64,000 bases of DNA, from positions 530,015 to 594,014 of the forward strand of contig CAWGUL010000007.1 of assembly GCA_963825905.1 (NCBI GenBank). Direction: 5' to 3'. Both the position numbers and the translations under genes were made by a program. This document shows, one piece after another, positions 41,773-51,759 of the stretch (positions are counted from its first letter, which is position 1; each line of letters opens with the position of its first letter). Source of the stretch: an uncultured Chloroflexia bacterium (lineage in GTDB: Bacteria; Chloroflexota; Limnocylindria; QHBO01). The notes under the pieces were generated by a model, which ran no database searches, had not been told where the DNA came from, and saw nothing but the letters and a program-made list of their open reading frames with translations.

Positions 41773-44671
41773 TCAGGCGGGGAGGGCGTCGGCGATCGCC
41801 TCGTCCGCCTCCTCGCGGGCGACGTCGCCGGCCGACTTCGGCACGCGACGCCACGCGCCGGCGTCATCGTGGAGGTATCGGTCCATGCCCTCCCAGTCGG
41901 CGCCGACCTTCAGGTCGACCTCGAGCGGGACGTCGAGCGGGAGCGCTCCCTCCATGATCTCGCGCACGATCGTGGCGAGGGCGGACAGCTCGTCCTCATC
42001 GGTCTCGAAGACGAGCTCGTCGTGGACCTGGAGCAGCATCCGTGACCGCAGCCCGCGCTCGCGCATGGCGGCGTCGATCCGGATCATCGCCAGCTTCATG
42101 CCATCGGCTGCCGTGCCCTGGATCGGCATGTTGATCGCCATCCGCTCGCCGGCCGCCCGCAGCGCCCCGTTCCGCGCGGTGAGCTCCGGCAGGTAGCGCC
42201 GCCGGCCGAGGAGCGTGGTCACGTAGCCCTGGTCGCGCGCCAGGATCTTCATCTCGACCGTGTAGCGGCGAATGCCCTCGTAGGCGGCGAAGTAGTCGGA
42301 GATGAAGCGCTGCGCCTCCTCGCGCGGGATCTTCAGCCGATCCGCCAGCCCGAAGTCGGAGAGCCCGTAGGCGATCCCGTAGTTGATCATCTTCGCCACG
42401 CTCCGCTCCTTGGGTCCCACCCGCTCCGGCGGCAGGCCCGAGGACGCGCGCCGCGGCGGCGAGGTGGATGTCCGAGTGCTTCGCGAAGTCGGCCTTCAGG
42501 CCGGCGTCGCCCGAGACGTGGGCCAGGATGCGCAGCTCCTGCTGCGAGTAGTCGGCGCCGAGCAGCAGCTTCCCGGGCGGTGCCACGAACGCGCGCCGGA
42601 TGCGGCGGCCGAGCGCGGTCCGGATCGGGATGTTCTGGAGGTTCGGATCGGTGCTCGACAGGCGGCCGGTGGCGGCGACCGCCTGCTGGTAGGTGGTGTG
42701 CAGCCGTGCCTTCGCGCGTCCACCAGGGTCGGCAGCGCGTCGACGTACGTGGACTTGAGCTTCGCGACCTGCCGGTGCTCGAGGATGAGCGCCACCGCCT
42801 CGTGCCGCTCCTTCAGCTCCTCGAGGACCGATGCGTCCGTCGAGCGCCCGGTGCGGGTCCGCTTCGTGGCGGGCAGCGCGAGCTCGTCGAACAGGATCGT
42901 CTCGAGCTGCTTCGGCGAACCGATGTTGAACGGGTGGCCGACGAGCTCGAAGATCCGCGACTCCAGCCCGGTGAGCTGCGCCCCGAACTCGTCGCGCATG
43001 GCGGCGAGCGCCTCGAGGTCGATGAGCACGCCGGCGAGCTCCATGCGCGCCAGCACCGGAACGAGCGGCATCTCGACCTGGTCGAACAGGTCGCCGAGCG
43101 ACGCCTCGCGCAGCTCGGCCTCGAGCGCGGGACGCGCGAGCAGCGCGGTGAGCGCCTCGCCGGCGGCGCGTCGGGCCATCGTGCGCTCCTCCGCCCCGGT
43201 CTCGGGGGTGAGCGGCTTCGGCGGCAGCTCGGCGCCGAAGCGGTTCGCGGCAAGGTCGTCGATCGTCTGCGCGCGGAGCGCCGGGTTGAGCATGTAGCTC
43301 GCGACGAGCGTGTCGAACACGGGGCCGGCGAGGTCGAAGCCACGGTCGGCGCGGAGCGTGGTGATGAGCTGCTTCACGTCGTGCCCGATCAGCTCGCGAT
43401 CGTCGCGCGCGAACCAGGCCGGCAGCCGCTCGGCGGCCACCGCGTCGGGGTCGCAGGGCACGAACCAGCTGCTGCCGTCCGCGGCCGCGACCGCGATCCC
43501 GTGGAGCTGCCGCTCCAGCGGGCGCCCCGGGCCGACCGCCCAGCCGAGCCCCACGCCGTCGGAACGGGCATCCAGCCACGCCGCGAAGGCGGCCATGTCC
43601 GCTTCATTGCGCGTGATCCGCGGGTCCACGTGCTCGATGGCGCCGGACGGATCGGTCAGCGGGTCCGGCACGGCGTGGTCGCCGGGCGTGCCCGGCTCGG
43701 CGTCGCGGCGCAACCGCTCCCGCGGCGAGCAGGTCGAGCGAGAGCTGGAGGCCGCCCTTGTCCGGCTCGAGCGGCTCCGGCCCGCTGCTCGCCAGCGTCG
43801 ACGGCGGCAGGCGGTCGATGAGCGACCGGAACTCGAGCTCGCGGAAGCGCTGCGCCACGGCGCGGCGGTCGTAGCGGCCGGTCCGCGCGTGCTCGAGGTC
43901 GAGCTCGACCGGCAGGTCGGTGAGGATGCGGCCGATCTGGCGCGACAGGAACGCCGACTCGCGATGCTCGGCCAGCCGGTCGCGCAGCTTGCCCTTCACC
44001 TCGTCCAGGCGCTCGTAGAGCGCGTCGAGGGTCCCGAACTGCTGGAGCAGGCTGCTGGCGGTCTTCTCCCCCACTCCCGGCACGCCGGGGATGTTGTCGG
44101 ACGTGTCTCCCTTCAGCGCCTTGTAGTCGAGCATCTGGTCCGGCCGGAGGCCATATCGGTCCATGACGCGCGACGGGTCGTAGATGACGGTCGCCGCGAC
44201 CCCCATCCGCGTCGTGAGCAGGTGCACGTGGTCGTCGACGAGCTGGAGGCCGTCGAGGTCCCCGGACACGATCATCGTGTCGACGTCCGCCGCCGTCGCC
44301 TTGCCGGCGAGCGTGCCGATGAGGTCGTCCGCCTCGTAGCCCTCCAGCTCGAGCACGTGCATCCCCATCATCTCGGCGATCTCGCGCACGATCGGGAACT
44401 GGCTGCGCAGGTCGTCCGGCATCCCCGGCCGCCCGGCCTTGTACTCCGGGTAGGCGTCGAAGCGGAACTGGGGCCTGCCGCGGTCGAAGGTGAGGATCGC
44501 GTAGTCCGGCTTCACGTCCTGCATGCCGCGCAGCACGATCTGGAGGAAGCCGAAGACCGCGTTCACGAGGGTGCCGTCCGACATCGTGAGCGGCGGGAGC
44601 GCGAAGTAGCCGCGGTAGACGAGGCTCGGCCCGTCGATGAGCATGAGAAGCGGGCGTCGGTCGGCGAGCAT
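41773..44671 (-). pseudogene. polA: DNA polymerase I, at least three frameshifts
   Basis: 5-prime nuclease domain from the ATG at 44671 (MLADRRPLLMLIDG...DNIPGVPGVGEKTA). The 3-5 exonuclease-like and thumb regions are in 42496..43713. Palm motif LQNIPIRT is in the frame of 41996..43579. QVHDELVFE is in 41773..42420. Confidence 0.9.
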
Positions 44672-44682
44672 CGGTACGGCGA

Positions 44683-44688
44683 AGTCTA
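44683..44688 (-). promoter_or_regulatory. -10-like hexamer TAGACT, 11 nt upstream of the polA ATG
   Basis: Lies in the 46-bp divergent polA / J-domain intergenic region. No Shine-Dalgarno sequence. Confidence 0.3.
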
Positions 44689-44704
44689 GACCGATGGGCC
44701 CACG

Positions 44705-44710
44705 TAGAAT
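44705..44710 (+). promoter_or_regulatory. -10-like hexamer TAGAAT, 7 nt upstream of the J-domain gene ATG
   Basis: CGTAGAATCGGCCCG-ATG, with no Shine-Dalgarno sequence. The geometry fits a leaderless transcript. Confidence 0.4.
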
Positions 44711-44717
44711 CGGCCCG

Positions 44718-45251
44718 ATGCCCGACCGCCCGGCCTTCGACCCGTACGCGATCCTCGGCGTTGAGCGCGACGCGTCGCCGCTCCAGGTGGCGCGCGCGCA
44801 CCGCCGCCTGGCGAAGCGCTTCCACCCCGACGTGGCACCCGGCGAGGGGGGCGCGGAGCGGATGCGCCGCATCAACGAGGCGTGGCAGATCCTGTCGGAC
44901 CGCGCACGGCGCGTCGCGTACGACGAGGCCCATCCGGCCGCGGGCACGCCCAGCGGCATCCCGTCCGGCGGCCATTGGGCCGCGAATCGCAGGCCGATCC
45001 GCGCGGCTGCGCCGTCGACGACCCGCACCTGGGCGAGCTGGCGCGCGACGGCCGCGGAGACGCGCGCCGCCCCGCGCACGCTGCGTCAGCCGGGCGAGGT
45101 CCAGGTCCCGCCGACCCGCCGCCCGCCGCGGGTCGAGCCGGACGAGCGCTCGTTCCGCGACACCGGCTGGGCGGCGCTCATCGTCGCGATCGTCATCGTC
45201 GGGCTGCTCGCCACGGCGATCGTGGCGGGGAAGATGGCTGCCGGAGCGTAA
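44718..45251 (+). CDS. J-domain (DnaJ-like) protein with a C-terminal TM anchor
   Basis: DPYAILGVERDASPLQVARAHRRLAKRFHPD (HPD motif), a Pro/Arg-rich linker, and a terminal hydrophobic helix. Confidence 0.75.
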   Translation: MPDRPAFDPYAILGVERDASPLQVARAHRRLAKRFHPDVAPGEGGAERMRRINEAWQILSDRARRVAYDEAHPAAGTPSGIPSGGHWAANRRPIRAAAPSTTRTWASWRATAAETRAAPRTLRQPGEVQVPPTRRPPRVEPDERSFRDTGWAALIVAIVIVGLLATAIVAGKMAAGA

Positions 45252-45254
45252 GGG

Positions 45255-45944
45255 CTAGAAGGGCGGGCTGCGTGTCCCCGCAGCGGGCAGGACGGTCCAG
45301 CGCAGGATGAGCGTGGCGATGACGATCGCCGCGCCGACGATCGTGAAGGCCAGCCACGGCATCGGTGCTGACGGGGTCGCTCCGGAGTCCTCGCGACCCG
45401 AAGCGCCGCCAGCCAGCGGCACCGTGGATCCGCCTCCGGCCTGCGGCACGGGGACCCCCGAGTCGCCTCCGGCACGCGAGGACGAACCGGGACCGTAGGC
45501 GTTCGCGGGCGGGGACGCCTGGCCGGCGGTGACCCCCTCGGTGCTCGAGTCGTTCGACATGTCCGAGGCCGCCGCCGCAGCGCCGGCCTTGCCGGAGAGC
45601 AGCGCCGTCGCCGTCGGCGCGGCCATGCCCACGCTGCCGGCGACCACCAGCACAGCGCCGGCGACGAGGGCCGGCGCGAAGAGGCGGCGGACGAGCGCCG
45701 CGAAGCCGGTCGGCGCCGCGGCGGCCGCCTCGACGGGCGGCAGGAAGCGCAGCGGACGGCTGGGAACGAGGTCGGGAAGGTCGGCGAGCGCGATGCGGAG
45801 CGCTCCGAGGTCACGAACGACGAGCGCGCAGCGCTCGCACGAGGTGACGTGCGCGCGAAGCGTGCCATCGGTCAGGACGTCGGCGTCTCCATCCGCGTAG
45901 GCGGCGAGACGCTCGTCGAGCGGGTGCTGGGGGTCCATGGTCAT
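45255..45944 (-). CDS. anti-sigma factor (zf-HC2 type), membrane-spanning
   Basis: N-terminal H-x3-C-x2-C (HVTSCERCA), a central TM helix and a low-complexity extracytoplasmic part. Lies directly downstream of the ECF sigma gene. Confidence 0.7.
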   Translation of the reverse strand: MTMDPQHPLDERLAAYADGDADVLTDGTLRAHVTSCERCALVVRDLGALRIALADLPDLVPSRPLRFLPPVEAAAAAPTGFAALVRRLFAPALVAGAVLVVAGSVGMAAPTATALLSGKAGAAAAASDMSNDSSTEGVTAGQASPPANAYGPGSSSRAGGDSGVPVPQAGGGSTVPLAGGASGREDSGATPSAPMPWLAFTIVGAAIVIATLILRWTVLPAAGTRSPPF

Positions 45945-45957
45945 CGGTCTGACGCCC

Positions 45958-46581
45958 TCATCGCTCGAACAGTTCCCGGTGCTCGGCCAGCAGCTCGCGC
46001 AGACGGAGCCGCCCGCGGTGGATCCGCGACTTCACCGTGCCGAGCGCGGAGGCCGTCGTGGCGGCGACATCGTTGTAGTCCATGCCGTACACGTCGCACA
46101 GCACGATCGCGATCCGCTGGTCCTCCGGCAGCATGCGCAGGGCCGCCTCGAGATACCGATACATCTCGCTCCGCGCGGCCTCCGCCACCGGGTTCGGGGC
46201 AGCGGCGTCCGGCAGCTCCCGCTCCCCCTCCTCGGGGTCCGGCAGGGCCTGCGAGGGGCGGCGCTGCGCGCGGCGCAGGATGTCGTAGCTCGCGTTGGCG
46301 GTGATCCGCAGCAGCCAGCTGCGGAAGATCCCGCCGCGATAGCGGTCGATGGCGGTGTAGGCGTGGATGAACGCGTCCTGCACCGCGTCCGCGGCCTGGT
46401 CCGGGTTGCCGAGCAGGCGCCACGCGAGCCCGTAGCAGGCCGACTGGTAGTGCTCCATGAGGCGGCTGAACGCCGTCCGGTCGCCCGCCATGGCACGGCG
46501 GACGAGCTCCTCCTCCCCGTCGATCGGCGCCGTGCGCGATCCGCGAGCGGCGGCCGGGTCGGTCGGGTCGAGCTCGGACAT
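45958..46581 (-). CDS. ECF-type RNA polymerase sigma-70 family factor
   Basis: Intact 207 aa with region 2 (AVQDAFIHAY...) and region 4 HTH (ALGTVKSRIHRGRLRLRE). AGGAAG RBS is present. Confidence 0.85.
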   Translation of the reverse strand: MSELDPTDPAAARGSRTAPIDGEEELVRRAMAGDRTAFSRLMEHYQSACYGLAWRLLGNPDQAADAVQDAFIHAYTAIDRYRGGIFRSWLLRITANASYDILRRAQRRPSQALPDPEEGERELPDAAAPNPVAEAARSEMYRYLEAALRMLPEDQRIAIVLCDVYGMDYNDVAATTASALGTVKSRIHRGRLRLRELLAEHRELFER

Positions 46582-46589
46582 CGGCTTCC

Positions 46590-46595
46590 TATAAT
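46590..46595 (+). promoter_or_regulatory. consensus -10 hexamer TATAAT upstream of tRNA-Leu(CAA)
   Basis: TATAAT ends 13 nt before the mature tRNA 5-prime end. Confidence 0.4.
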
Positions 46596-46608
46596 GACCG
46601 CTCCCCGC

Positions 46609-46695
46609 GCCGGAGTGGCGGAATCGGCAGACGCGTCGGTCTCAAACACCGATGAGTGAAAGCTCGTGTGGGTTCAAGTCCCACCTCCGGCACCA
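46609..46695 (+). tRNA. tRNA-Leu (CAA)
   Basis: Acceptor GCCGGAG/CTCCGGC, anticodon stem TCGGT/ACCGA with loop CTCAAAC, long variable arm, T-arm GTGGG-TTCAAGT-CCCAC, encoded CCA. 87 nt. Confidence 0.92.
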
Positions 46696-46812
46696 CCCCA
46701 CCTGAGCACGAAACACCCCGCCCCATCGGTCGGCGGACGCGCACTACGGCCCACCCGGCCGGACGTGCGGTGTACCGTTGCCAGGAGAGCGTCGAAGAGG
46801 AGGCAACCACCA

Positions 46813-47145
46813 ATGCGACGCCCAGTCGCCGCGCTCATCGTTCTCGCACTGCTCATCGGATGCCAAGCGCCGAGCGCGACCACAACCGGAACACCAGCCA
46901 CGGCCTCGCCGAGCGCCGGAATCGATGTGGCAGCCATCTGCGCCGCGACCGGATACACGAAATGCGCGGAGTCGCTTCAGAAGGCCCTGGCCACCTGGTC
47001 TGGCTCGCTGGTCGCGATCTGTGAGGCGCCCGAGGGCGGCGGCAACGTGGTCCGGCTCGACAGTGAGAGCGAGGCGGATTCGAAGTGCTCGGACGGTGGC
47101 CTCATAGCCGGCAGCCGGGTGGTGAAGGTCATCCGGCTCCCGTGA
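46813..47145 (+). CDS. small lipoprotein, unknown function
   Basis: ATG at 46813 with GAGGAGG RBS. Signal peptide plus lipobox (LALLIGC). 110 aa. Confidence 0.55.
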   Translation: MRRPVAALIVLALLIGCQAPSATTTGTPATASPSAGIDVAAICAATGYTKCAESLQKALATWSGSLVAICEAPEGGGNVVRLDSESEADSKCSDGGLIAGSRVVKVIRLP

Positions 47146-47257
47146 CGGGCGCCACTTATTTTCGGGCGGAGGCAGCACCTCCTGTCTGAAGGCTGTGGCG
47201 CGAGCTCACCACAACATGTAGAAGGCGGTGGCACTTCCATCCATCAGGCAGGCGACC

Positions 47258-47305
47258 GCCGATGATTGCAAAGCTCGTGCGAGTTACGTCCCACCTCGGG
47301 CACCA
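47258..47305 (+). repeat. degenerate copy of the 3-prime half of tRNA-Leu(CAA) (att-like remnant)
   Basis: GCCGATGATTGCAAAGCTCGTGCGAGTTACGTCCCACCTCGGGCACCA aligns with tRNA positions about 40-87 at roughly 80 percent identity (by eye). The T-stem is disrupted and there is no 5-prime half. Confidence 0.5.
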
Positions 47306-47473
47306 TCGACCAGTGCTGGAGCAATCTCAGGTCGGGAGGGAATGAGCAGGGTCTGATCGAATGCACGTGAACCCGCCACGTCACCCACGCCGCCCCGAGG
47401 CCGATCACCAGTGGCACGGCACCGATGAGCATGCCGATCGCAGCAGGCGGAGCTTGGTTGCATGGGACGGAGG

Positions 47474-47968
47474 TCACGTCACCGGTGCAGAAGGCCCTGC
47501 TTCTGTCGACCGTCGGGCTAAGCACGTTCCGGCGTGTGAGGTATGTGGCGGCTCCGTAGCAGGCATCAGCACGAGCACGATGCTGACATCCGCTGGGTCT
47601 GTGTATTGGTCGAGGCTTCCCAAAACCATGATGGTCTGGAGGGCCGTCCAGAGCAGAAGCGCTACCACGAGGATGCCTCCGCCAATCCGAAGGACGCGCC
47701 GGCCAGTGGCCGAGAGGGCGGCCGTGGCAAGGTGGAGCCGGATCGGGAGCCAGGCGCCGGCGGCTGAACGATTCGCAACGTGGTGACCATAGACGGCCAT
47801 GGGTCCCTGAGCGCCGAAGGCTGTCGCGAGAAATGTGATCAGGGCGCCGAGCAACACGAGGTCGGCGGGGACGACGCTGATCCAGATGGAGATCCGTCGT
47901 TGATCTTGGTTACCCGCCCCGTTCTGCGTGGGGACGACGTCAGTAGCCACCATGACTCCAATTCGCAT
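47474..47968 (-). CDS. hypothetical multi-pass membrane protein (may continue, frameshifted, into 47244..47525)
   Basis: 164-aa ORF with 3-4 hydrophobic helices in a less GC-rich block. The adjacent ORF 47244..47525 in another frame adds a further helix. Confidence 0.4.
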   Translation of the reverse strand: MRIGVMVATDVVPTQNGAGNQDQRRISIWISVVPADLVLLGALITFLATAFGAQGPMAVYGHHVANRSAAGAWLPIRLHLATAALSATGRRVLRIGGGILVVALLLWTALQTIMVLGSLDQYTDPADVSIVLVLMPATEPPHTSHAGTCLARRSTEAGPSAPVT

Positions 47969-48343
47969 CGATGAGGGTCAGTCGACAGCGGACGGCACGA
48001 TTCTCGGCCGCCTCGATTCGCGAGGGGCGCTGCGTCGGTCCGATACCCACGGCAACCAGGATGCTGGCGAGGGCCTCGGCGTTAACCTCTCCGCAGTAGT
48101 GCGCCTCCCGTTGGGTGAGGGAGAATGCGGGAATGTCAGGTGTGATCGGAGCGGCAGGCACGGGCGAAGGTAGTCGTACGCGATCCGACAGGCCTGGACA
48201 TATTCCGCCGAGGAGTCGCCGGGTGGGCTGTAGCCCGGACCGTCACCTTCGTCTCCGATCAGGCCCACCGCCTGGGCGACCTGAGGACGGTTCGAGGCCT
48301 CAGCACGCCAGGTCGACTGGTCGCTCGACAGGCCGGCAACCAC
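47940..48343 (-). pseudogene. hypothetical protein fragments (two overlapping frames)
   Basis: Track ORFs 47978..48343 and 47940..48161 read like one protein broken by a frameshift (..SSAEYVQACRIAYDYLRP / PAAPITPDIPAFSLTQREAHYCGEVNAEALASILVAVG..). No family recognised. Confidence 0.3.
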
Positions 48344-48758
48344 GAAGGCGTAGCGGCACGCGGCAGCTCACCGAGGGCTCGGAACCCCACGGACGGTGCG
48401 ATAGTCGGGCAGGTTGCCGGCGTAGTCCCGCACCGCGTCGGCTACGAAGTTGGGCCCGCCGAGACGCGGCTTCCGAGGCTCGGGTGCAGGATTCGCAATC
48501 CGCTAGCGCCAGGCCGTTCGGCGGCCAGACGAGCGGGACGGTTAGATCGCGACGACGACCGGGACGATCAGAAGGGCCAGCGCAAGACTGAAGCCCTGAG
48601 ACTGCCCGCTCGAAGGATGTCGGTCGCACGGTGTCTCCTCCCTTGACCGCGCTTCATGACGAGGCACGCACACATCGTATCCACGGGTATGTCGCATATC
48701 AAGGCCCGCGGGGCGTTGATCCCTGACGGCAGGCGTAACCATCGACGAATTGGTCGTG

Positions 48759-48875
48759 ATGACTGACACGTTTCGCCGGTTCGCAATCCGGGCCCGGCCG
48801 TTCGCCATCCTGCCCCTCGCGCTCCTCGTCGCGGCGTGTCGGAAGAGCGGCGGCGGGAGCGGTCCGGGCTACTGA
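48759..48875 (+). CDS. 38-aa lipoprotein-signal stub (possible gene remnant)
   Basis: ATG..TGA encodes MTDTFRRFAIRARPFAILPLALLVAACRKSGGGSGPGY: a complete lipoprotein signal with only 11 residues after the Cys. It is below the ORF-track size cut-off. Confidence 0.25.
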   Translation: MTDTFRRFAIRARPFAILPLALLVAACRKSGGGSGPGY

Positions 48876-48919
48876 GACGGTCGGGGCTGCGCCACGCCGA
48901 TTCGGCCCCATTGGTGCGT

Positions 48920-48935
48920 GGTGCACCAGTGCACC
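48920..48935. promoter_or_regulatory. near-palindrome GGTGCAC-CA-GTGCACC upstream of the large secreted-protein gene
   Basis: 7-nt inverted arms, about 220 nt upstream of the ATG at 49158. Possible operator. Confidence 0.2.
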
Positions 48936-49157
48936 GACCGCCTTGATCCGGGTCCCCGCGGCGTACACTCTCCGGCGGGAAACCCCTCGCACCCACGGCT
49001 CCCATCTTGGCCGGGTCCGGCCCAACGTCTCCCAACCCAGACGGTCCGATTTGGCGCGGGTTCGGTGATTCGTTGCCTCCCGAGAGGAGGGCCGTGCATG
49101 AGCTGACCCCTGGTGTCGTCTGCCCGAGCGTTGACGCAACTCCTGTGTGAGGTTTCG

Positions 49158-51231
49158 ATGCATCGTCGATTCATGGCGGCGCTGGCCGCCCTCTCGCTTC
49201 TCGCGAGCCTCCTCATCATTTCCCCGATTGCCGTGGCTGCCGGCGGCTCCGGGACGACACGTCAGATTCCATTCGCTGGAACCGGGTCCCTGACCACGGG
49301 CGGATTCACGCCCGAGGCGGGAGGCTATCCGGAATTCCCCAACCAGGAAGACGAAGCGGGCAGCCCGGCGTTTGACGGAATCGTCGACCGGAGCCTGTCC
49401 ACCGGCACCGGGCATGGCGCCTCGGCCAACTCGACGAAGAAGGCGAAGTCGAACCCAGCCTTCCAGCATGGCTTCGAGGGCCTGAACCTCTTCCAGCAGC
49501 GCTATGCGCGAGGCGGCAACCAGTTCACCGTCGAGCCGCCCGACCAGGGCCTCTGCGTCGGAAATGGCTACGTCGATCGAGGCCGTGAACGACGTCATCA
49601 ACGTCTTCAACACCTCGGGCGCCTCCGTGCTCCCGGACAACACGGCCACGAACATCGTGGCGGGCTTCCCGACCGACGTGAACCACGCGGTCGACCTCAA
49701 CTCCTTCTACGGCTACGCGGCGGCGATCAACCGCACCACCGGCATCCGCGCCCAGTCCGTCACCGATCCGAGCTGCCTCTATGACGCGGCGACGCAGCGC
49801 TTCTTCGTCGTCGTCCTCACGCTCGAGACCTTCCCGAACGGCGCCCTGACGCACGTCAATCACCTTGACATCGCCGTCAGCCAGTCCGCGAACCCAACCG
49901 GGAGCTGGAACATCTACCGCGTGGACGTCACGAACGACGGGACGAACACTGGCGGCCAGAATGCTGGCCCGTACCTCGGTGACTACCCACACGTCGGCGC
50001 AGATGCCAACGGGTTCTACATCACCACCAATGCGTATCCCTGGTGCTGCAACGGCTTCTCTGGTGCGCAGATCTACGCGTTCCCGAAGGCCCAGCTCGCG
50101 GCCGGCGCGGCCAATGTCACGATGGTGCATATCGACACCTCGGGCACGGTCTCCGCGCCGAGTGATGCGGGCGCGACGCAGCCCGGCTTCACGGTGTGGC
50201 CGGCACAGTCGCCGGGCACCGCGTCCTTCGACCTGAGCGCTGGCGGCACCGAGTACTTCCTCAGCTCGAACGCCGCGCCCGAGGCGACCAATCCGGTGAG
50301 CGGCACCGGCGGAAGCGGCAGCTCGACCCAGCTCGTCGTCTGGGCGCTTACGAATACCTCATCCCTGAACACCGCCGCGCCGTCCGTCTCCTTGACGAAC
50401 CGCGTGCTGCCGGTCGGCATCTACGGCATCCCACCCAAGCAGCAGCAGCCGGGCTCGGGCACCGCGCCAGGCGTTGACGGCCCGCAGGGCCACTGCATCA
50501 ACGACACGACGACCCCGACGACCGCCGGAATTGGGTGCTGGAGGCTGGTGTTTGGTGCTGAGCCCCCCCATAACGAGGTCATCTCGCGGCCGGACTCCAA
50601 CGACACCCGTATGCAGCAGGTGATGTTCGCGAACGGGAAGCTGTGGGGCGCCCTCGACACCGCGGTCAGCTTCGACACGAACCCGGCGCACAATCGCGCC
50701 GGCGTCGCGTGGTACATCGTCAAGCCGTCGACGTCCGGCGGTGCGCTCAGCGCGAAGGTCGCAATGAGCGGCTATCTCGCTGACAGCGTCACCGACTTCA
50801 CGTATCCGGCGATCGGCGTCACACCGAGCGGTCGGGGCGTGATGGCGTTCACCGCCACCGGCAACTCGCTCTATCCCAGCGCCGCGTATGCGCCGATCGA
50901 TGCGCATGCCGGCGTCGGGCCGTGGAATGTCGTACCGGGCGGAGCCGGCCAGGCCGTCGATGACGGCTTCACGAGCTACAAGTCCCAGGTGGGGAACCCG
51001 CCGCGGACGCGGTGGGGCGACTACGGGGCAGCGGCCGTGGATGGCAACTCCGTCTGGGTTGCGAGCGAGTACATCGCCCACGCCTGCGACTACGCCACCT
51101 GGGGCGGCCGCTTCTTCGGCGCCTCCAGCGGCGACAACAAGCTCGGCACGTGTGCCCCGTCGCCCGGCGCCGCCGGGACGCGGGCCGCGCTCGGCAACTG
51201 GTCCACCCGGATCAGCAGCTTCAAGCCGTAG
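49158..51231 (+). pseudogene. large (about 690 aa) secreted protein of unknown family, one frameshift near 49570
   Basis: Signal peptide MHRRFMAALAALSLLASLLIISPIAVAA, with a GAGG RBS. The body is in track ORF 49504..51231. Motifs LGDYPHVGADANGFYITTN and RWGDYGAAAVDGNSVWVASEY suggest a beta-propeller-like fold. Confidence 0.7.
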
Positions 51232-51253
51232 CCTCGGCCAACCCACTCCACGA

Positions 51254-51286
51254 AACAGGGCTCCCGGTCGCACCGGGGGCCCTGTT
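51254..51286 (+). terminator. strong hairpin after the secreted-protein gene
   Basis: AACAGGGCTCCCGG-TCGCA-CCGGGGGCCCTGTT, a 14-bp stem with one mismatch, 23 nt after the stop. No T-tract follows. Confidence 0.5.
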
Positions 51287-51423
51287 CCACGTCCGGCACG
51301 GGGACTGGTGCATTCGGCACCGTGTGCTACAACTCCCGTCCGGCAGCACAGCGTGCCCTTCGTCTGCCTCGGTTCACCGTTGCCCACGGTGAGCGAAACG
51401 GTCCACCCGCGTAGTCGGGTGGG

Positions 51424-51690
51424 GTGACGAGGTGCGACGACATGCGGAATGGGGCGATCCACAGCGCGGTGCTCGAGGTCCGGCTCTTCTACGAGAAGGG
51501 CTGGTCCCAGGAGCGCATCGCCCGCTTCACCTTTGGCCTCCAGCGCCGGCGACTGCGCGCCATCCGCGTGCGCCAGGCGCCTGTGCGCGGACCGATGATC
51601 CCCGGCCTGATGGCGGCCTTCGAGATCGAGCCCAGCGCCGACACGCCGATCCTGGTGGAGTCTGAGGCGGAGGTCGTGCCGGCGGGCTGA
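51424..51690 (+). CDS. small hypothetical protein with possible HTH
   Basis: 88-aa ORF. LEVRLFYEKGWSQERIARFT resembles an HTH seen in transposase/resolvase N-termini. Weak evidence. Confidence 0.35.
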   Translation: MTRCDDMRNGAIHSAVLEVRLFYEKGWSQERIARFTFGLQRRRLRAIRVRQAPVRGPMIPGLMAAFEIEPSADTPILVESEAEVVPAG

Positions 51691-51759
51691 AGGCCCGCTG
51701 CACGCATCGGTCCGGACCGATACCATGGCAGCCGATCGGTCGGTTGCACGGCCGATCAA

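Noticed and set aside
47258-47305. The tRNA-Leu-like fragment as a functional tRNA gene
   Set aside because: There is no 5-prime acceptor or D-arm. The T-stem pairing is disrupted (GCGAG versus CCCAC). It is a remnant only.
48368-48370. A second possible in-frame TGA joining ..RTVRGVPSPR to AAACRYAFVVAGLSS.. in the islet
   Set aside because: The upstream piece has no usable start codon, is preceded by an in-frame TAG, and has no recognisable homology. I cannot show that it is coding.
51424-51690. The small HTH-like ORF as a transposase or IS remnant marking a mobile element
   Set aside because: There is only a short HTH-like stretch, with no DDE or recombinase domain, no inverted repeats and no target duplication visible.
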